From an uncultured cyanobacterium (GTDB lineage: Bacteria; Cyanobacteriota; Cyanobacteriia; Cyanobacteriales; Nostocaceae), in NCBI GenBank assembly GCA_963706595.1, contig OY970166.1, positions 4,128,001 to 4,192,000 of the forward strand: 64,000 nt of DNA, in the 5' to 3' direction. Within the stretch, counting starts at the first letter, position 1. Each line of letters begins with the position of its first letter. Under the pieces are notes generated by a model that worked only from the letters and a program-made list of their open reading frames with translations, was not told where the DNA came from and did not search any database. Made by a program: the position numbers and the translations under genes. This document shows, piece after piece, positions 20,253-30,004 of this stretch.

Positions 20253-22088
20253 CTACTCAATCCGAAAATTGAAGGGTAAACGAGTGTAAATTCCTTGAGG
20301 ATCGTTCATTTTTTGGAGAATGAGCATTTCCTGTTGGAGTTTGTAAAATTGGGCGGTCAAAGGATTCGCTGGTTTAACTGACACTCCCGCCATCTCTAAA
20401 ATAGTGGTGATTTCTTGAACCGCGCGTCCAAATAAGCGTTCTTCCAAGGTAGTCACTCTGGGATACTCTTGCAATTGCCAATCGTTGTCCAGTTTAGCTT
20501 GCTGGGCAGCATAATTAATAGCAGCATTCAGACCACCGATTTCATCTACCAAACCGATTTCTTTAGCCGTCATCCCTGACCAAACTCGTCCTTGGGCAAT
20601 TTCTGCCACTTTTTGGGGTGGTAATTTGCGACCTTGAACAACTTTATCGAGGAATAGCTCATAAATGCGGTTGACACTGCGCTGATAAATTTCTAACTCT
20701 GGGGGTGATTTCGGGCGGGCGACGGTTTGCAGGTCGGCATAACTGCCAGTTTTTACCGTATCCCAGGTAATCCCATTATCATTGGCTAGTTGTTGCCCAT
20801 TAAACAGCACTCCAAATACGCCTATGGAACCTGTAATTGTGGTTGGTTCGGCAAAAATACGGTTGGAATCGCTGGCAATCCAGTAACCACCAGAAGCGGC
20901 GATATCACCCATGGATACCACCACAGGTTTTACCTTGCGAGTTAATTCTACTTCTCGCTGCATGACCTCGGATGCGGTAGCGCTACCTCCGGGGCTATTA
21001 ATTCGCAAGACAACCGCCTTGACATCATCATCTTGACGGATTTGATTGAAGATTGAGGCAAAGCGATCGCCGCCAATTTGACCATCTTCCCCTCTACCAT
21101 CGACAATTTCGCCCTCAGCATAAACCACAGCAATTTTATTTAGGGAGTTGCGTTCTATACCCAGAGATTTACCAGAAACTTGAGCGTAATTTCTGAGATT
21201 AATTTGTCGGAAGGAGCGATCTGTTTCGTCGCTGGCTGTCAATTTTTTGAGGTCGGTAACTACCTCATCCATGTATCCCACTTGATCGACCAAACCACGG
21301 GCTTTGGCTTCGCTGGCTGTCAGTATTGCCTGAGTATCGGCGATCGCTTGCAACTGTTGCGGGGTAATTTGACGATTAGAACCGACTGTACTCCGCCAAT
21401 CTGCCCAAACATCATCCAATAATTTTTGGATTTGTTCGCGGTTTTCTGGACTCAATTCGTTGAGGATAAAAGGTTCGATTCCGCCTTTAAATTTGCCCAC
21501 CCGCACAACCTGAACACCAAGTCCAAACTTTTCTAAAGCCCCCGCCAGAAACATTGGTTGGCTACTCAAACCCTTAACTTCCATCAAGCCTATGGGATTC
21601 AGGACGATTGTATCAGCCACCGAACTCAGGTAATAGTTCCTTTCACTTAAACCGACTCCATAGGCGACAACCTTTTTTCCTGATTCGCGGAACTTTTCCA
21701 AGGCCTGGCGAATTTCTGTCAGGGAAGCAAAGCCCATGCTACCAGATGTTCTTGTACCTGTTGCGTCTAAATAAATACCGACAATGCGCGGATCAAGCCT
21801 GGCTTTTTCCAAGGTATCAAGAACGCTGCGGAGTGTCATTCTGGGGGCTTCGGCTCCGGATAAAGCTCGTTGCAGCAATTCGCCAGAAGCGGGGGCGCTA
21901 TCGGTAATATTCATTGACAAGTCAAAAACCACGACTGACTGATCTTTCACTTCGGGAGTAGTATCTCTAGAAGCGGTAACGGCAAATAACAGTAATAATA
22001 TTCCTGTTGTGCTGATACCGAAGAAAATCATCAGTCCTAGTACAGTACCTAGTACACTGGCAAAAGTTTGTTTGAAAAAATTACGCAT
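20253..22088 (-). CDS. sppA: Signal peptide peptidase SppA (67K type)
   Basis: VGKFKG, LRINSPGGS, AASGGY, TGSIGV. Confidence 0.95.
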   Translation of the reverse strand: MRNFFKQTFASVLGTVLGLMIFFGISTTGILLLLFAVTASRDTTPEVKDQSVVVFDLSMNITDSAPASGELLQRALSGAEAPRMTLRSVLDTLEKARLDPRIVGIYLDATGTRTSGSMGFASLTEIRQALEKFRESGKKVVAYGVGLSERNYYLSSVADTIVLNPIGLMEVKGLSSQPMFLAGALEKFGLGVQVVRVGKFKGGIEPFILNELSPENREQIQKLLDDVWADWRSTVGSNRQITPQQLQAIADTQAILTASEAKARGLVDQVGYMDEVVTDLKKLTASDETDRSFRQINLRNYAQVSGKSLGIERNSLNKIAVVYAEGEIVDGRGEDGQIGGDRFASIFNQIRQDDDVKAVVLRINSPGGSATASEVMQREVELTRKVKPVVVSMGDIAASGGYWIASDSNRIFAEPTTITGSIGVFGVLFNGQQLANDNGITWDTVKTGSYADLQTVARPKSPPELEIYQRSVNRIYELFLDKVVQGRKLPPQKVAEIAQGRVWSGMTAKEIGLVDEIGGLNAAINYAAQQAKLDNDWQLQEYPRVTTLEERLFGRAVQEITTILEMAGVSVKPANPLTAQFYKLQQEMLILQKMNDPQGIYTRLPFNFRIE

Positions 22089-22147
22089 TTTAGTTTTTTA
22101 GCATAATCGGCGAAAAACCCTAAGTTTGGGATAAATCGCCGGAAGAT

Positions 22148-23197
22148 TTATTGTATTCGTTGTAAACTTTGTGAGTTTTGCAAGTTATTTAATGTGGTGT
22201 TGCCAGTACAAAATAATACTGTGCTAATTTCCGCAAATAACACCTTCACTAAATCATACAGTGCGGCTTCTGATTCCACTGCGGCTTGTAGGAAAGGCAT
22301 AGCTAAACCAGCAATATCTGCTCCCAGAGCGATCGCTTTAGCCACATCTAGCCCATTACGTAATCCCCCCGAAGCAATTAAGGGGACATCAGGAGCGATC
22401 GCGCGAATACTGGTGATACAGTCCGCCGTTGGCAAACCCCAATCAGCAAATGTCCTACCCAAGCGCCTTTGCAAGGCATTTTCCGCCCGTTCACTTTCCA
22501 CCTTTGCCCAAGAAGTCCCACCCGCACCAGCCACATCAATGGCTGTAACTCCAGCCGCTAACAATTTTTCTGTCATTGTGGCAGAAATGCCATTACCCAC
22601 TTCCTTCGCAATCACTGGCACTGTTAACTTACTGCACAAAACATGAATTTTGTCAAGTAATCCTCTAAAGTTAGTATCCCCACTAGGCTGAATACACTCT
22701 TGTAATGGGTTAATGTGCAGAATCAGAGCATCAGCTTCTAAGATATCAATAATCTTGAGACATTCATCCAAACCATAGTGATAATTCAGTTGTACAGCGC
22801 CCAAATTAGCAAATAACAAAACATCCGGCGCGTACTTGCGGATAGCAAAGGTATCAGCCACTTGGGGTTTTTCCAGCGCCACACGCTGAGAACCAACACC
22901 CATGGCAATTTTATAGGATTGAGCCACTTTTGCCAGACGCTGGTTAATCATTGCGGCTTGTTGTGTTCCTCCAGTCATAGAAGAAATTAACATCGGGGCT
23001 GCTAGGTGTTTACCCAAGAAAGTTGTACTGGTATCAATATCCTCGTAGTTTAGTTCTGGTAAGCAGCAGTGCTGAAAGCGATAGCGTTCCAGTCCATTGC
23101 TGAGTTGATGAAATTGCACATCTTCTTCCAAACAGATGCGGATATGATCTGCTTTGCGTGACTGGGTTTGTTCTGAATTCTTGCTAGGGGCGTTCAC
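22148..23197 (-). CDS. fni: Type 2 isopentenyl-diphosphate delta-isomerase
   Basis: RKADHI, SSMTGG, GVGSQR, KEVGNG, GAGGTSW; GTG at 23197 preferred over 23308. Confidence 0.93.
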   Translation of the reverse strand: MNAPSKNSEQTQSRKADHIRICLEEDVQFHQLSNGLERYRFQHCCLPELNYEDIDTSTTFLGKHLAAPMLISSMTGGTQQAAMINQRLAKVAQSYKIAMGVGSQRVALEKPQVADTFAIRKYAPDVLLFANLGAVQLNYHYGLDECLKIIDILEADALILHINPLQECIQPSGDTNFRGLLDKIHVLCSKLTVPVIAKEVGNGISATMTEKLLAAGVTAIDVAGAGGTSWAKVESERAENALQRRLGRTFADWGLPTADCITSIRAIAPDVPLIASGGLRNGLDVAKAIALGADIAGLAMPFLQAAVESEAALYDLVKVLFAEISTVLFCTGNTTLNNLQNSQSLQRIQ

Positions 23198-23366
23198 TGG
23201 TAAATCTAATTCAAAGCAGTGGTTTTCACTATTGTGACAGTTATTGCAATTTTCTGGTATTGTCCCATTTGTTTTTTCCTGTCTTCCTGCTGTAAAAGTT
23301 CTTTCCATACAACACAGACGCGATGAATCGCGTCTCTACAAAACAAATGGCAAGGATGCGTGGTTG

Positions 23367-24404
23367 CTAATTTCCCCCTTGCATTTCTTCAACTTTAAAC
23401 ATACTAATTAATACTCCCGCCAGAGGAATTGATAGAAAAATTCCTACTAAACCCGCTACTTTTGCCCCGACTAACAAAGCAAAGAACATGAAGACTGGAT
23501 TCATATTAATTGAGCCTTGCATAATGCGCGGCATCAGTAAATTTTCTTCGATTTGCTGAAGGACAACACAACCGATTAATACTTGCACACTCAGCCAAAT
23601 TCCTTGAGGTAAAACAATCAGGGCAACTAGGGTAATTCCAATTGTAGCGCCAATGCCAGGAATTAAATCAAATACTCCGGCGATCGCGGCTAAAAATAAG
23701 GCATAAGGTAGTTGCAGAAAAATAAACACAATAAATGCTGAAATGGCAAAAAATAAAGACAATAATAAACGCCCCCAAAAAAAACCTAAAAAGTTTTGCT
23801 GGACAGATATAGTGAACTTATGACGAATACTTGGCGGGAGAATTTTGATCATAAAATTCCAAACTCTTTTGCCATCTAGCAACATAAAAAAAGCTACAAC
23901 AGCAATCAAAATCAAATCAACTAAATTAATTAACAAGCCTTGAAACGTTGCCCAGCCTGTACCAATTCCTGCTAAAATTTGATTGCGTAGTTCTTCTTCG
24001 ACTACTTGAAAATCAACCTTAAAATTAAATCTGATTAGGATATTTTGTAATGATTCTAATAGAGAAATTACATAGTCAATAAATTGAGGTGCTTGTTCAA
24101 TTATTTGTTGAAATTGAGATAAAATGGCAAAACCGAGGGTTGCGATCAATCCACCCAAAATTACCAGACTCAATAAAAAAATGATAATAACTGCAATTCC
24201 ATGTGGTAAAAAACGTTCAGCCCATTTTACTGGATAACTCAGCAAGAATGCCAGAATACCAGCCAATATAAAAATGATAATTACTGTAGAAAAATAAGCC
24301 AAAACTTGAACAATTGCCCAACCAAGAACTAACAGTAATACATAACGAATTAGCCGTGTATTATTCAATTGCTCCCAAAACCTTTTGATGCTTGGCTCAT
24401 TCAT
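23367..24404 (-). CDS. AI-2E family transporter
   Basis: AFLLSYPV, DLIPGIG, QQIEENLLMPRI, GIFLSIP. Confidence 0.9.
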   Translation of the reverse strand: MNEPSIKRFWEQLNNTRLIRYVLLLVLGWAIVQVLAYFSTVIIIFILAGILAFLLSYPVKWAERFLPHGIAVIIIFLLSLVILGGLIATLGFAILSQFQQIIEQAPQFIDYVISLLESLQNILIRFNFKVDFQVVEEELRNQILAGIGTGWATFQGLLINLVDLILIAVVAFFMLLDGKRVWNFMIKILPPSIRHKFTISVQQNFLGFFWGRLLLSLFFAISAFIVFIFLQLPYALFLAAIAGVFDLIPGIGATIGITLVALIVLPQGIWLSVQVLIGCVVLQQIEENLLMPRIMQGSINMNPVFMFFALLVGAKVAGLVGIFLSIPLAGVLISMFKVEEMQGGN

Positions 24405-24494
24405 AATTTAGATAGATTATATATGACACTATTGGCTGATAATTACCGATATTTTCCGAATAAAATTGTGTTAAGTAATTAGAGGAAAATTCAT

Positions 24495-25427
24495 CTACCT
24501 CCGGGGACATTTTTTCGGTTTAAATGACTGGTTCTGCTGTTGTTCTTCAAAGACGTGTACAGCATATTCAGAGGGAACAATTGCAGCCCCGCGCTGTTTA
24601 GCGTAAACCTTGGTAAATTCAGCCCCTAAAAACAGAATATGAGCAGCGTAAAAAATCCAAGTGATCACGATGACAAACGAGCCAGCCACGCCATAAGTAG
24701 AACCAAAATCAGTGCGACTGAGAAACTGTCCAAAGAAATATTGTCCTACTAAAAACAGAAGTGAGGTAATGAACGCACCAACGATAGTATCACGCCAAGC
24801 AACCTGGGCATCTGGTAGTATACTATACATCATAATAAATATTAATGTTGTCCCGCCAAAAGTAATCAATAAACTAATGAATTGCCACAGATAACCTGAA
24901 CCGGGAACTAATTCATTCAGATAAATAACTAATCTTGCCAAAATTGTGTTGACTACAAAAAACAAAATTAACACACAGGCAATTACCAGTACCATCAAAA
25001 AACACAATAAGCGTTTACGCAATAAATTTAAAACCCGGTGTTTTGGCGCTGGCTTTACCTCCCAAATTCTGTCTAGTGCTGTTTGAATTTGGGTAAATAC
25101 TCCAGTAGCACCAAATAGTAAAAAAGCAATATTAAACACAATTTGAAACGTTTGTTCTTCAGAATCAACTCTCAGATTGACAATAGCTGTAGAAATTAAT
25201 TCCGCCCCCTCCTTTCCAAACAGTTGACTTAACTGATAAATCAGCTCGTCTTGAACCATAGCTTCTTCAAATATTGTCCCCACAATCATAATTACCAGTA
25301 CCATTAGTGGCGCTAAGGAAAACACTGTGTAATAAGCTAGTGATGAAGCTAGCAGAGAGACTTCATTAACTTGCCATTCATCCAAAATTTCTGTTAATAA
25401 CCGCCGAATTTTCCTCAAAGTTACCAT
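24495..25427 (-). CDS. YihY/virulence factor BrkB family membrane protein
   Basis: ASSLAYYTVFSLAPL, YGVAGS, LFLGAEF; start uncertain. Confidence 0.9.
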   Translation of the reverse strand: MVTLRKIRRLLTEILDEWQVNEVSLLASSLAYYTVFSLAPLMVLVIMIVGTIFEEAMVQDELIYQLSQLFGKEGAELISTAIVNLRVDSEEQTFQIVFNIAFLLFGATGVFTQIQTALDRIWEVKPAPKHRVLNLLRKRLLCFLMVLVIACVLILFFVVNTILARLVIYLNELVPGSGYLWQFISLLITFGGTTLIFIMMYSILPDAQVAWRDTIVGAFITSLLFLVGQYFFGQFLSRTDFGSTYGVAGSFVIVITWIFYAAHILFLGAEFTKVYAKQRGAAIVPSEYAVHVFEEQQQNQSFKPKKCPRR

Positions 25428-25835
25428 AGTAACTAAATCAGGCAATATTGCCGTTAAAAGAGCTTTTACTTGTCTATGAAATACACCTGAGCTATCGCTT
25501 GAATTTTTCTTCCCTCAGTAGGCAGAAAAAGCAAGTAGTTTCTGCTGCTCATCTTTTTAGTTTATTAATTGAAAATATCACAATAGCCAGTGCGATCGCT
25601 TGACCATAAATATTGATTTTTGATAATTACTAAATATCTCTCTTAAGGCTGAAATGAACTTACTACTATAGATATAGCAATCCTAAATAAGTTACGAACA
25701 GAAAGATCCCCGACTTCTTGAAGAAGTCGGGGATCTGAGCCTCTTTTCATATTTCCAGAACACAAACCCACTTAAGCAGAATTTCCTATATACTGATAGA
25801 TATTTAATAATAAATGTATCTATCGCGACCCACCC

Positions 25836-26069
25836 ATGAACCAGATATGTTGTCTCAACGCAGAGTGTGATAACCCGCAAGTTCCCGAACATACCAAATT
25901 TTGCCCCAGTTGCGGAGTTCCCCTAATCACGTTGAGGAACCGCTATCAACCAATCAAATCATTAGGTGGTGGAGGATTTGCTAAAACTTATTTAGCATCA
26001 GATATTGACAAATTAAACGAAAAGTGCGTAATTAAGCTCGTGCAAATGCAGGAATTTTTCTGTAAATAA
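25836..26069 (+). pseudogene. Truncated Ser/Thr kinase (4-Cys prefix plus subdomains I-II only)
   Basis: CLNAEC...FCPSCG, LGGGGFAKTYLA, CVIK, then similarity stops. Confidence 0.85.
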
Positions 26070-26135
26070 CGAACTAACTGTTAACTCATCAGCCAGATAG
26101 TAAATAAAAATATTCGTATCATAAAGATATCTCAT
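26013..26135 (-). pseudogene. vapC: Truncated VapC/PIN toxin (40 codons; not in ORF track)
   Basis: Translates MRYLYDTNIFIYYLADELTVSSLFTEKFLHLHE..., the PIN N-terminal DTN motif; ATGA overlap with upstream gene. Confidence 0.8.
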
Positions 26136-26437
26136 TCGTCCCATTCCTGACGTAGAGTATCTAAATGAGCCAGCATTGCTGCTTTCTTATGCTTTAAAAT
26201 TCCTTGGGCTTGAGTAACTTTTTCATAGTCCTGGTCAACTGCTTCCCCAAGTTGAGAAACTGGTGTGTTTTTAAGCGAAGTTTCCAAATAGCTTAAACCA
26301 GAATCATTTTCCTCAATTTCATCATCTATGAACAAAACAATTACTTTGACACGGCTATGTTTGTGAGCCATTAAGGGGGTATCTAAACAAAGTTGACCGT
26401 TTTGATCAACACTTCCCATTATTTCTTGGGCTATCAT
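26132..26437 (-). CDS. Putative antitoxin (VapB-like)
   Basis: Small acidic protein, G.VD..GQL.LD.PL start and LRQEWD end; translationally coupled to vapC remnant. Confidence 0.65.
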   Translation of the reverse strand: MIAQEIMGSVDQNGQLCLDTPLMAHKHSRVKVIVLFIDDEIEENDSGLSYLETSLKNTPVSQLGEAVDQDYEKVTQAQGILKHKKAAMLAHLDTLRQEWDE

Positions 26438-26707
26438 TTTTGTTTCCCTTATTAATCACAGAATAAAAAGAATTATCTTAACAGTATATCATTTATTAAT
26501 TGGACATTGTTTAATGTATCACTCTTAAGGATGAAATCAACTTACTACTCTAGATAGTGGTAGAAGAAATTCAAAATAGATAACCTAAATAAAGGGAAAC
26601 CAGAATTCACCACATTAATTCTTGGCAGCGCGTACTGAGGATTGCTGAACTCAATCTGGATTTTCTCAAAATTACTTAGCAAATTAACAGATCCTCGCAC
26701 GATAAAT

Positions 26708-27199
26708 ATGAAAGTACATGAATTCCTGAAAACCTATAATGCAGGCGTTAGAGATTTTACTGGCGTTAATCTCAGTGAGGCGGATTTAAGAGAATCTGAT
26801 CTCAGTGGCGCAATTTTAGATAGAGCTATTTTAGGTGGCGCTAAACTGAATTATGCTAATTTAGTTCAAACCAGTTTGATTGAAGCTGACCTGAATGGAG
26901 CCGATTTGAGTAATGCTAATCTGACTGAATGCAACTTAGTTGGTGCTATATTGGATGGTGCTATTTTAGATGGCGCAATTTTAGATGGTGCTGATTTGAG
27001 TCAGGCTAATTTGGAAGTGGCTAATCTGATTGAAGCGGATTTAAGTGAGGCAGATTTACAGGAAGCAAATTTGCAAGCTGCAAATCTCGATGGAGCTAAC
27101 CTGACTCAAGCGAATCTTTCTGAAGCAGATTTGAAAGATACAAATTTGAATGGTGCTAATTTGGAGGATGCTGATTTAGGCGGCGCAATTCTTGATTAG
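26708..27199 (+). CDS. Pentapeptide repeat protein
   Basis: Continuous A(D/N)Lxx repeats after Y.AG.RDF. Confidence 0.93.
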   Translation: MKVHEFLKTYNAGVRDFTGVNLSEADLRESDLSGAILDRAILGGAKLNYANLVQTSLIEADLNGADLSNANLTECNLVGAILDGAILDGAILDGADLSQANLEVANLIEADLSEADLQEANLQAANLDGANLTQANLSEADLKDTNLNGANLEDADLGGAILD

Positions 27200-27365
27200 G
27201 AATAGGGATTTAATAAAATACAAAACCTCACCCCCAGCCCCTCTCCTTGGTAAGGAGAGGGGAGAATTTAATGCGACTCCAGGGCGGGGTGTCGTAGGAT
27301 GATGGTGGGTTACGCTGTCGCTTTAGCGTAGTCATATACCCCGACTACATTTTTATAGTTTTTGC

Positions 27366-28538
27366 ATGACTTCCAATCCAGAATTGTGTAACGCGATCGC
27401 CTATCATATTTCTACCAGTCCTCAAGGGCGAATTACTTTCGCTGAATTTATGGATCTGGCTCTATATCACCCTGAACACGGTTACTATTCTAGTCATGCT
27501 GTGAAAATTGGTTTTCAGGGTAGTGATTTTTTTACTTCGCCTCATCTCGGTGCTGATTTTGGCGAGTTACTGGCGGAACAATTTTGGCAGATGTGGGAGA
27601 TTTTAGCGCGTCCTATACCTTTTTCTTTGGTGGAAATGGGAGCCGGTCAAGGACTGCTGGCTATGCATATCCTCAAGCACTCTAGGCTACATCATCCAGA
27701 TTTTTTTGCAGCGCTGGATTATGTAATTGTGGAAAAGTCGCCAGGATTTCAGCAAGAACAGCAACAACGTTTGCAAGATTTTTCTGTGCGTTGGTGCAGT
27801 TTAGCAGATATCCCTTCAGACTCGATAACTGGCTGCTTTTTTTCTAATGAATTGGTGGATGCTTTGCCTGTGCATCAGTTTATTTTAGCAGATGGGGAAA
27901 TGCACGAAGTTTATGTTACCACTGGGAAAGATGAATCTGAGCCGTTGTTTGTGGAAGTTACGGGAGAACTTTCTACACCGGAACTGCAAAAATATCTGGA
28001 TTTAGTGGAGATTGATTTAACTTCCCGTGGTTATGAAGATGGCTATCGCAGTGAAATTAATTTGGCTGCTGGTGACTGGTTGAGTATTGTAGCCGACCGC
28101 TTGCATCGAGGGTATGTGTTAACTATTGATTATGGCTACCCGGCTGATCGTTATTATCATCCCAGGCGATCGCAAGGAAGTTTACAATGTTATTACAATC
28201 ATCGCCACCACGATAACGCTTATATCAACGTCGGGATGCAAGATATTACCGCCCATGTTGATTTTACAGCTTTGGAACGCTGGGGCGATCGCTTCAAGTT
28301 AGAGAAAATCGGGTTTATCCAACAAGGTTTATTTTTAATGGCTTTGGGTTTAGGCGAGCGTCTTTCAGCCATTTCTCACCAAGACCTTCCTCTCTCACAA
28401 CTTCTAAAACGACGAGAAGCACTACACCAGCTAATAGACCCTACAGAACTAGGTAACTTTGGAGTGTTAATTCAAAGCAAAGGACTCCAGCAGACAGAAA
28501 TTGCTCAACCACTCAAAGGACTAACGATACCAAGCTAA
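27366..28538 (+). CDS. SAM-dependent methyltransferase, MidA/NDUFAF7 family
   Basis: DFFTSP, EMGAGQG, SNELVDALP, IDYG, DITAHVDF. Confidence 0.92.
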   Translation: MTSNPELCNAIAYHISTSPQGRITFAEFMDLALYHPEHGYYSSHAVKIGFQGSDFFTSPHLGADFGELLAEQFWQMWEILARPIPFSLVEMGAGQGLLAMHILKHSRLHHPDFFAALDYVIVEKSPGFQQEQQQRLQDFSVRWCSLADIPSDSITGCFFSNELVDALPVHQFILADGEMHEVYVTTGKDESEPLFVEVTGELSTPELQKYLDLVEIDLTSRGYEDGYRSEINLAAGDWLSIVADRLHRGYVLTIDYGYPADRYYHPRRSQGSLQCYYNHRHHDNAYINVGMQDITAHVDFTALERWGDRFKLEKIGFIQQGLFLMALGLGERLSAISHQDLPLSQLLKRREALHQLIDPTELGNFGVLIQSKGLQQTEIAQPLKGLTIPS

Positions 28539-28670
28539 GGGAGTTCTAATTAAAAAAATGTTCCATTGCTGAGGTAGGCAGGGGAGCAGGGAGCAGGGAG
28601 CAGGGAGCAGGGGGGATAAAGAACAAAGATGGTCTGATGAAATGGGGCAATTTATTTTCTGGAAATCCCT
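28538..28670. mobile_element. MITE-like element with internal GAGCAGG repeats
   Basis: Imperfect inverted ends AGGGAGTTC/GAAATCCCT; related inverse end at about 1170..1219. Confidence 0.55.
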
Positions 28671-28765
28671 AAAATACGGACAAGCTAAGAATGCTATCCG
28701 ATGCCAATATAGATTAGCATAACATTGACTACTGTGCAGATTCAGACAACAGGAAAGTATTAATT

Positions 28766-28861
28766 ATGACGGCTCATGAACTTTTTTTATTGATAACATT
28801 ACTTAGCCCCGGCATCTTGCTATCGGTGATCATTATGCTGACATTTGCCGCAGGTGGCTGA
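28766..28861 (+). CDS. Putative 31-aa single-TM microprotein MTAHELFLLITLLSPGILLSVIIMLTFAAGG
   Basis: AGGAAAG RBS 8 nt upstream of ATG; uninterrupted hydrophobic stretch. Confidence 0.55.
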   Translation: MTAHELFLLITLLSPGILLSVIIMLTFAAGG

Positions 28862-28976
28862 TTTTTAGTCAGTCATCAGTCATCAGTGAACAGTTATCAC
28901 TGGACAAAGATAATTGTTCACTAAGCGTACAATCAAACATACGACTAGCTACACCTGTACTAAAGGAACGTAAAAA

Positions 28977-29855
28977 ATGAAGGTGGCATTTCTGGGAACT
29001 GGACTCATGGGATTACCGATGGCGCAACGGTTGTTAGCAGCCAACATCGAGCTAGTAGCCTACAATCGCACCCCAGAAAAATTAGCCCCACTACAGGCTG
29101 CTGGGGCGGAAATTGCCACACATCCCCGTCAAGCAATTCGTGCGGCTGATTCCATTATTCTCATGCTAACTAACGCCGCCGCAATTTATCATGTTTTGCT
29201 TTCCGATACTTCTTGGCGAACTTTAGAAGGGCGGACTGTAATTCAGATGGGAACTATTACTCCTACAGACAGCCAAGAAATTAGAGATGCCGTAATTGGT
29301 GGTGGTGGCGAGTATATAGAAGCTCCAGTATTAGGTAGTATTCCCGAAGCAAAAACTGGCAAGTTGATTGTCATGGTAGGCGCTGAACCAAAACAATATC
29401 AACGCCATTTAAAGTTATTGCAAAATTTCGGTTCAGAACCAGTACTTGTCGGTCCAGTCGGTGCTGCGGCTGGGGTGAAGTTGGCACTAAACCAACTAAT
29501 TGCTTCCCTAACCACTAGCTTTGCTCTCAGTCTAGCTTTTGTTGAGCGTCAAGGTATCGACATCGATTTGTTTATGCAAATCCTGCGCGAAAGTTCACTT
29601 TATGCGCCTACCTTTGACAAAAAATTGCGGCGGATGTTGGATGGTAACTATACCAATCCTAATTTCCCCACAAAACACTTGCTCAAAGATACAGATTTGT
29701 TTATATCAGAAGCCAAATCACTAGGTTTGGATCTCGTCAGTATTGAAGCTGTGCGCCAACTTGTCCACACAGCCGTAAAAATGTCGTTTGCTAATGATGA
29801 CTACTCATCCATATTTTCTGCCATTAGTCAATGGGGAGAAGCAAGTGGAGAATAG
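28977..29855 (+). CDS. NAD(P)-dependent beta-hydroxyacid dehydrogenase (3-hydroxyisobutyrate DH/glyoxylate reductase family)
   Basis: FLGTGLMG, YNRT, EAPVLGS, KLALN. Confidence 0.92.
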   Translation: MKVAFLGTGLMGLPMAQRLLAANIELVAYNRTPEKLAPLQAAGAEIATHPRQAIRAADSIILMLTNAAAIYHVLLSDTSWRTLEGRTVIQMGTITPTDSQEIRDAVIGGGGEYIEAPVLGSIPEAKTGKLIVMVGAEPKQYQRHLKLLQNFGSEPVLVGPVGAAAGVKLALNQLIASLTTSFALSLAFVERQGIDIDLFMQILRESSLYAPTFDKKLRRMLDGNYTNPNFPTKHLLKDTDLFISEAKSLGLDLVSIEAVRQLVHTAVKMSFANDDYSSIFSAISQWGEASGE

Positions 29856-30004
29856 AAGAGGCAGGGGAGCAGGGAGCAGGGAGCAGGGGAGCAGGGAGCA
29901 GGGGGAAAGTTTTTTCCCAATACCTAGTCCCCAGTCACTAATACAGCCTACAGAATAAAGTTTTTGACTTTTGATTTTTGACTTTTGACTTCCGCCTTGC
30001 GGCC

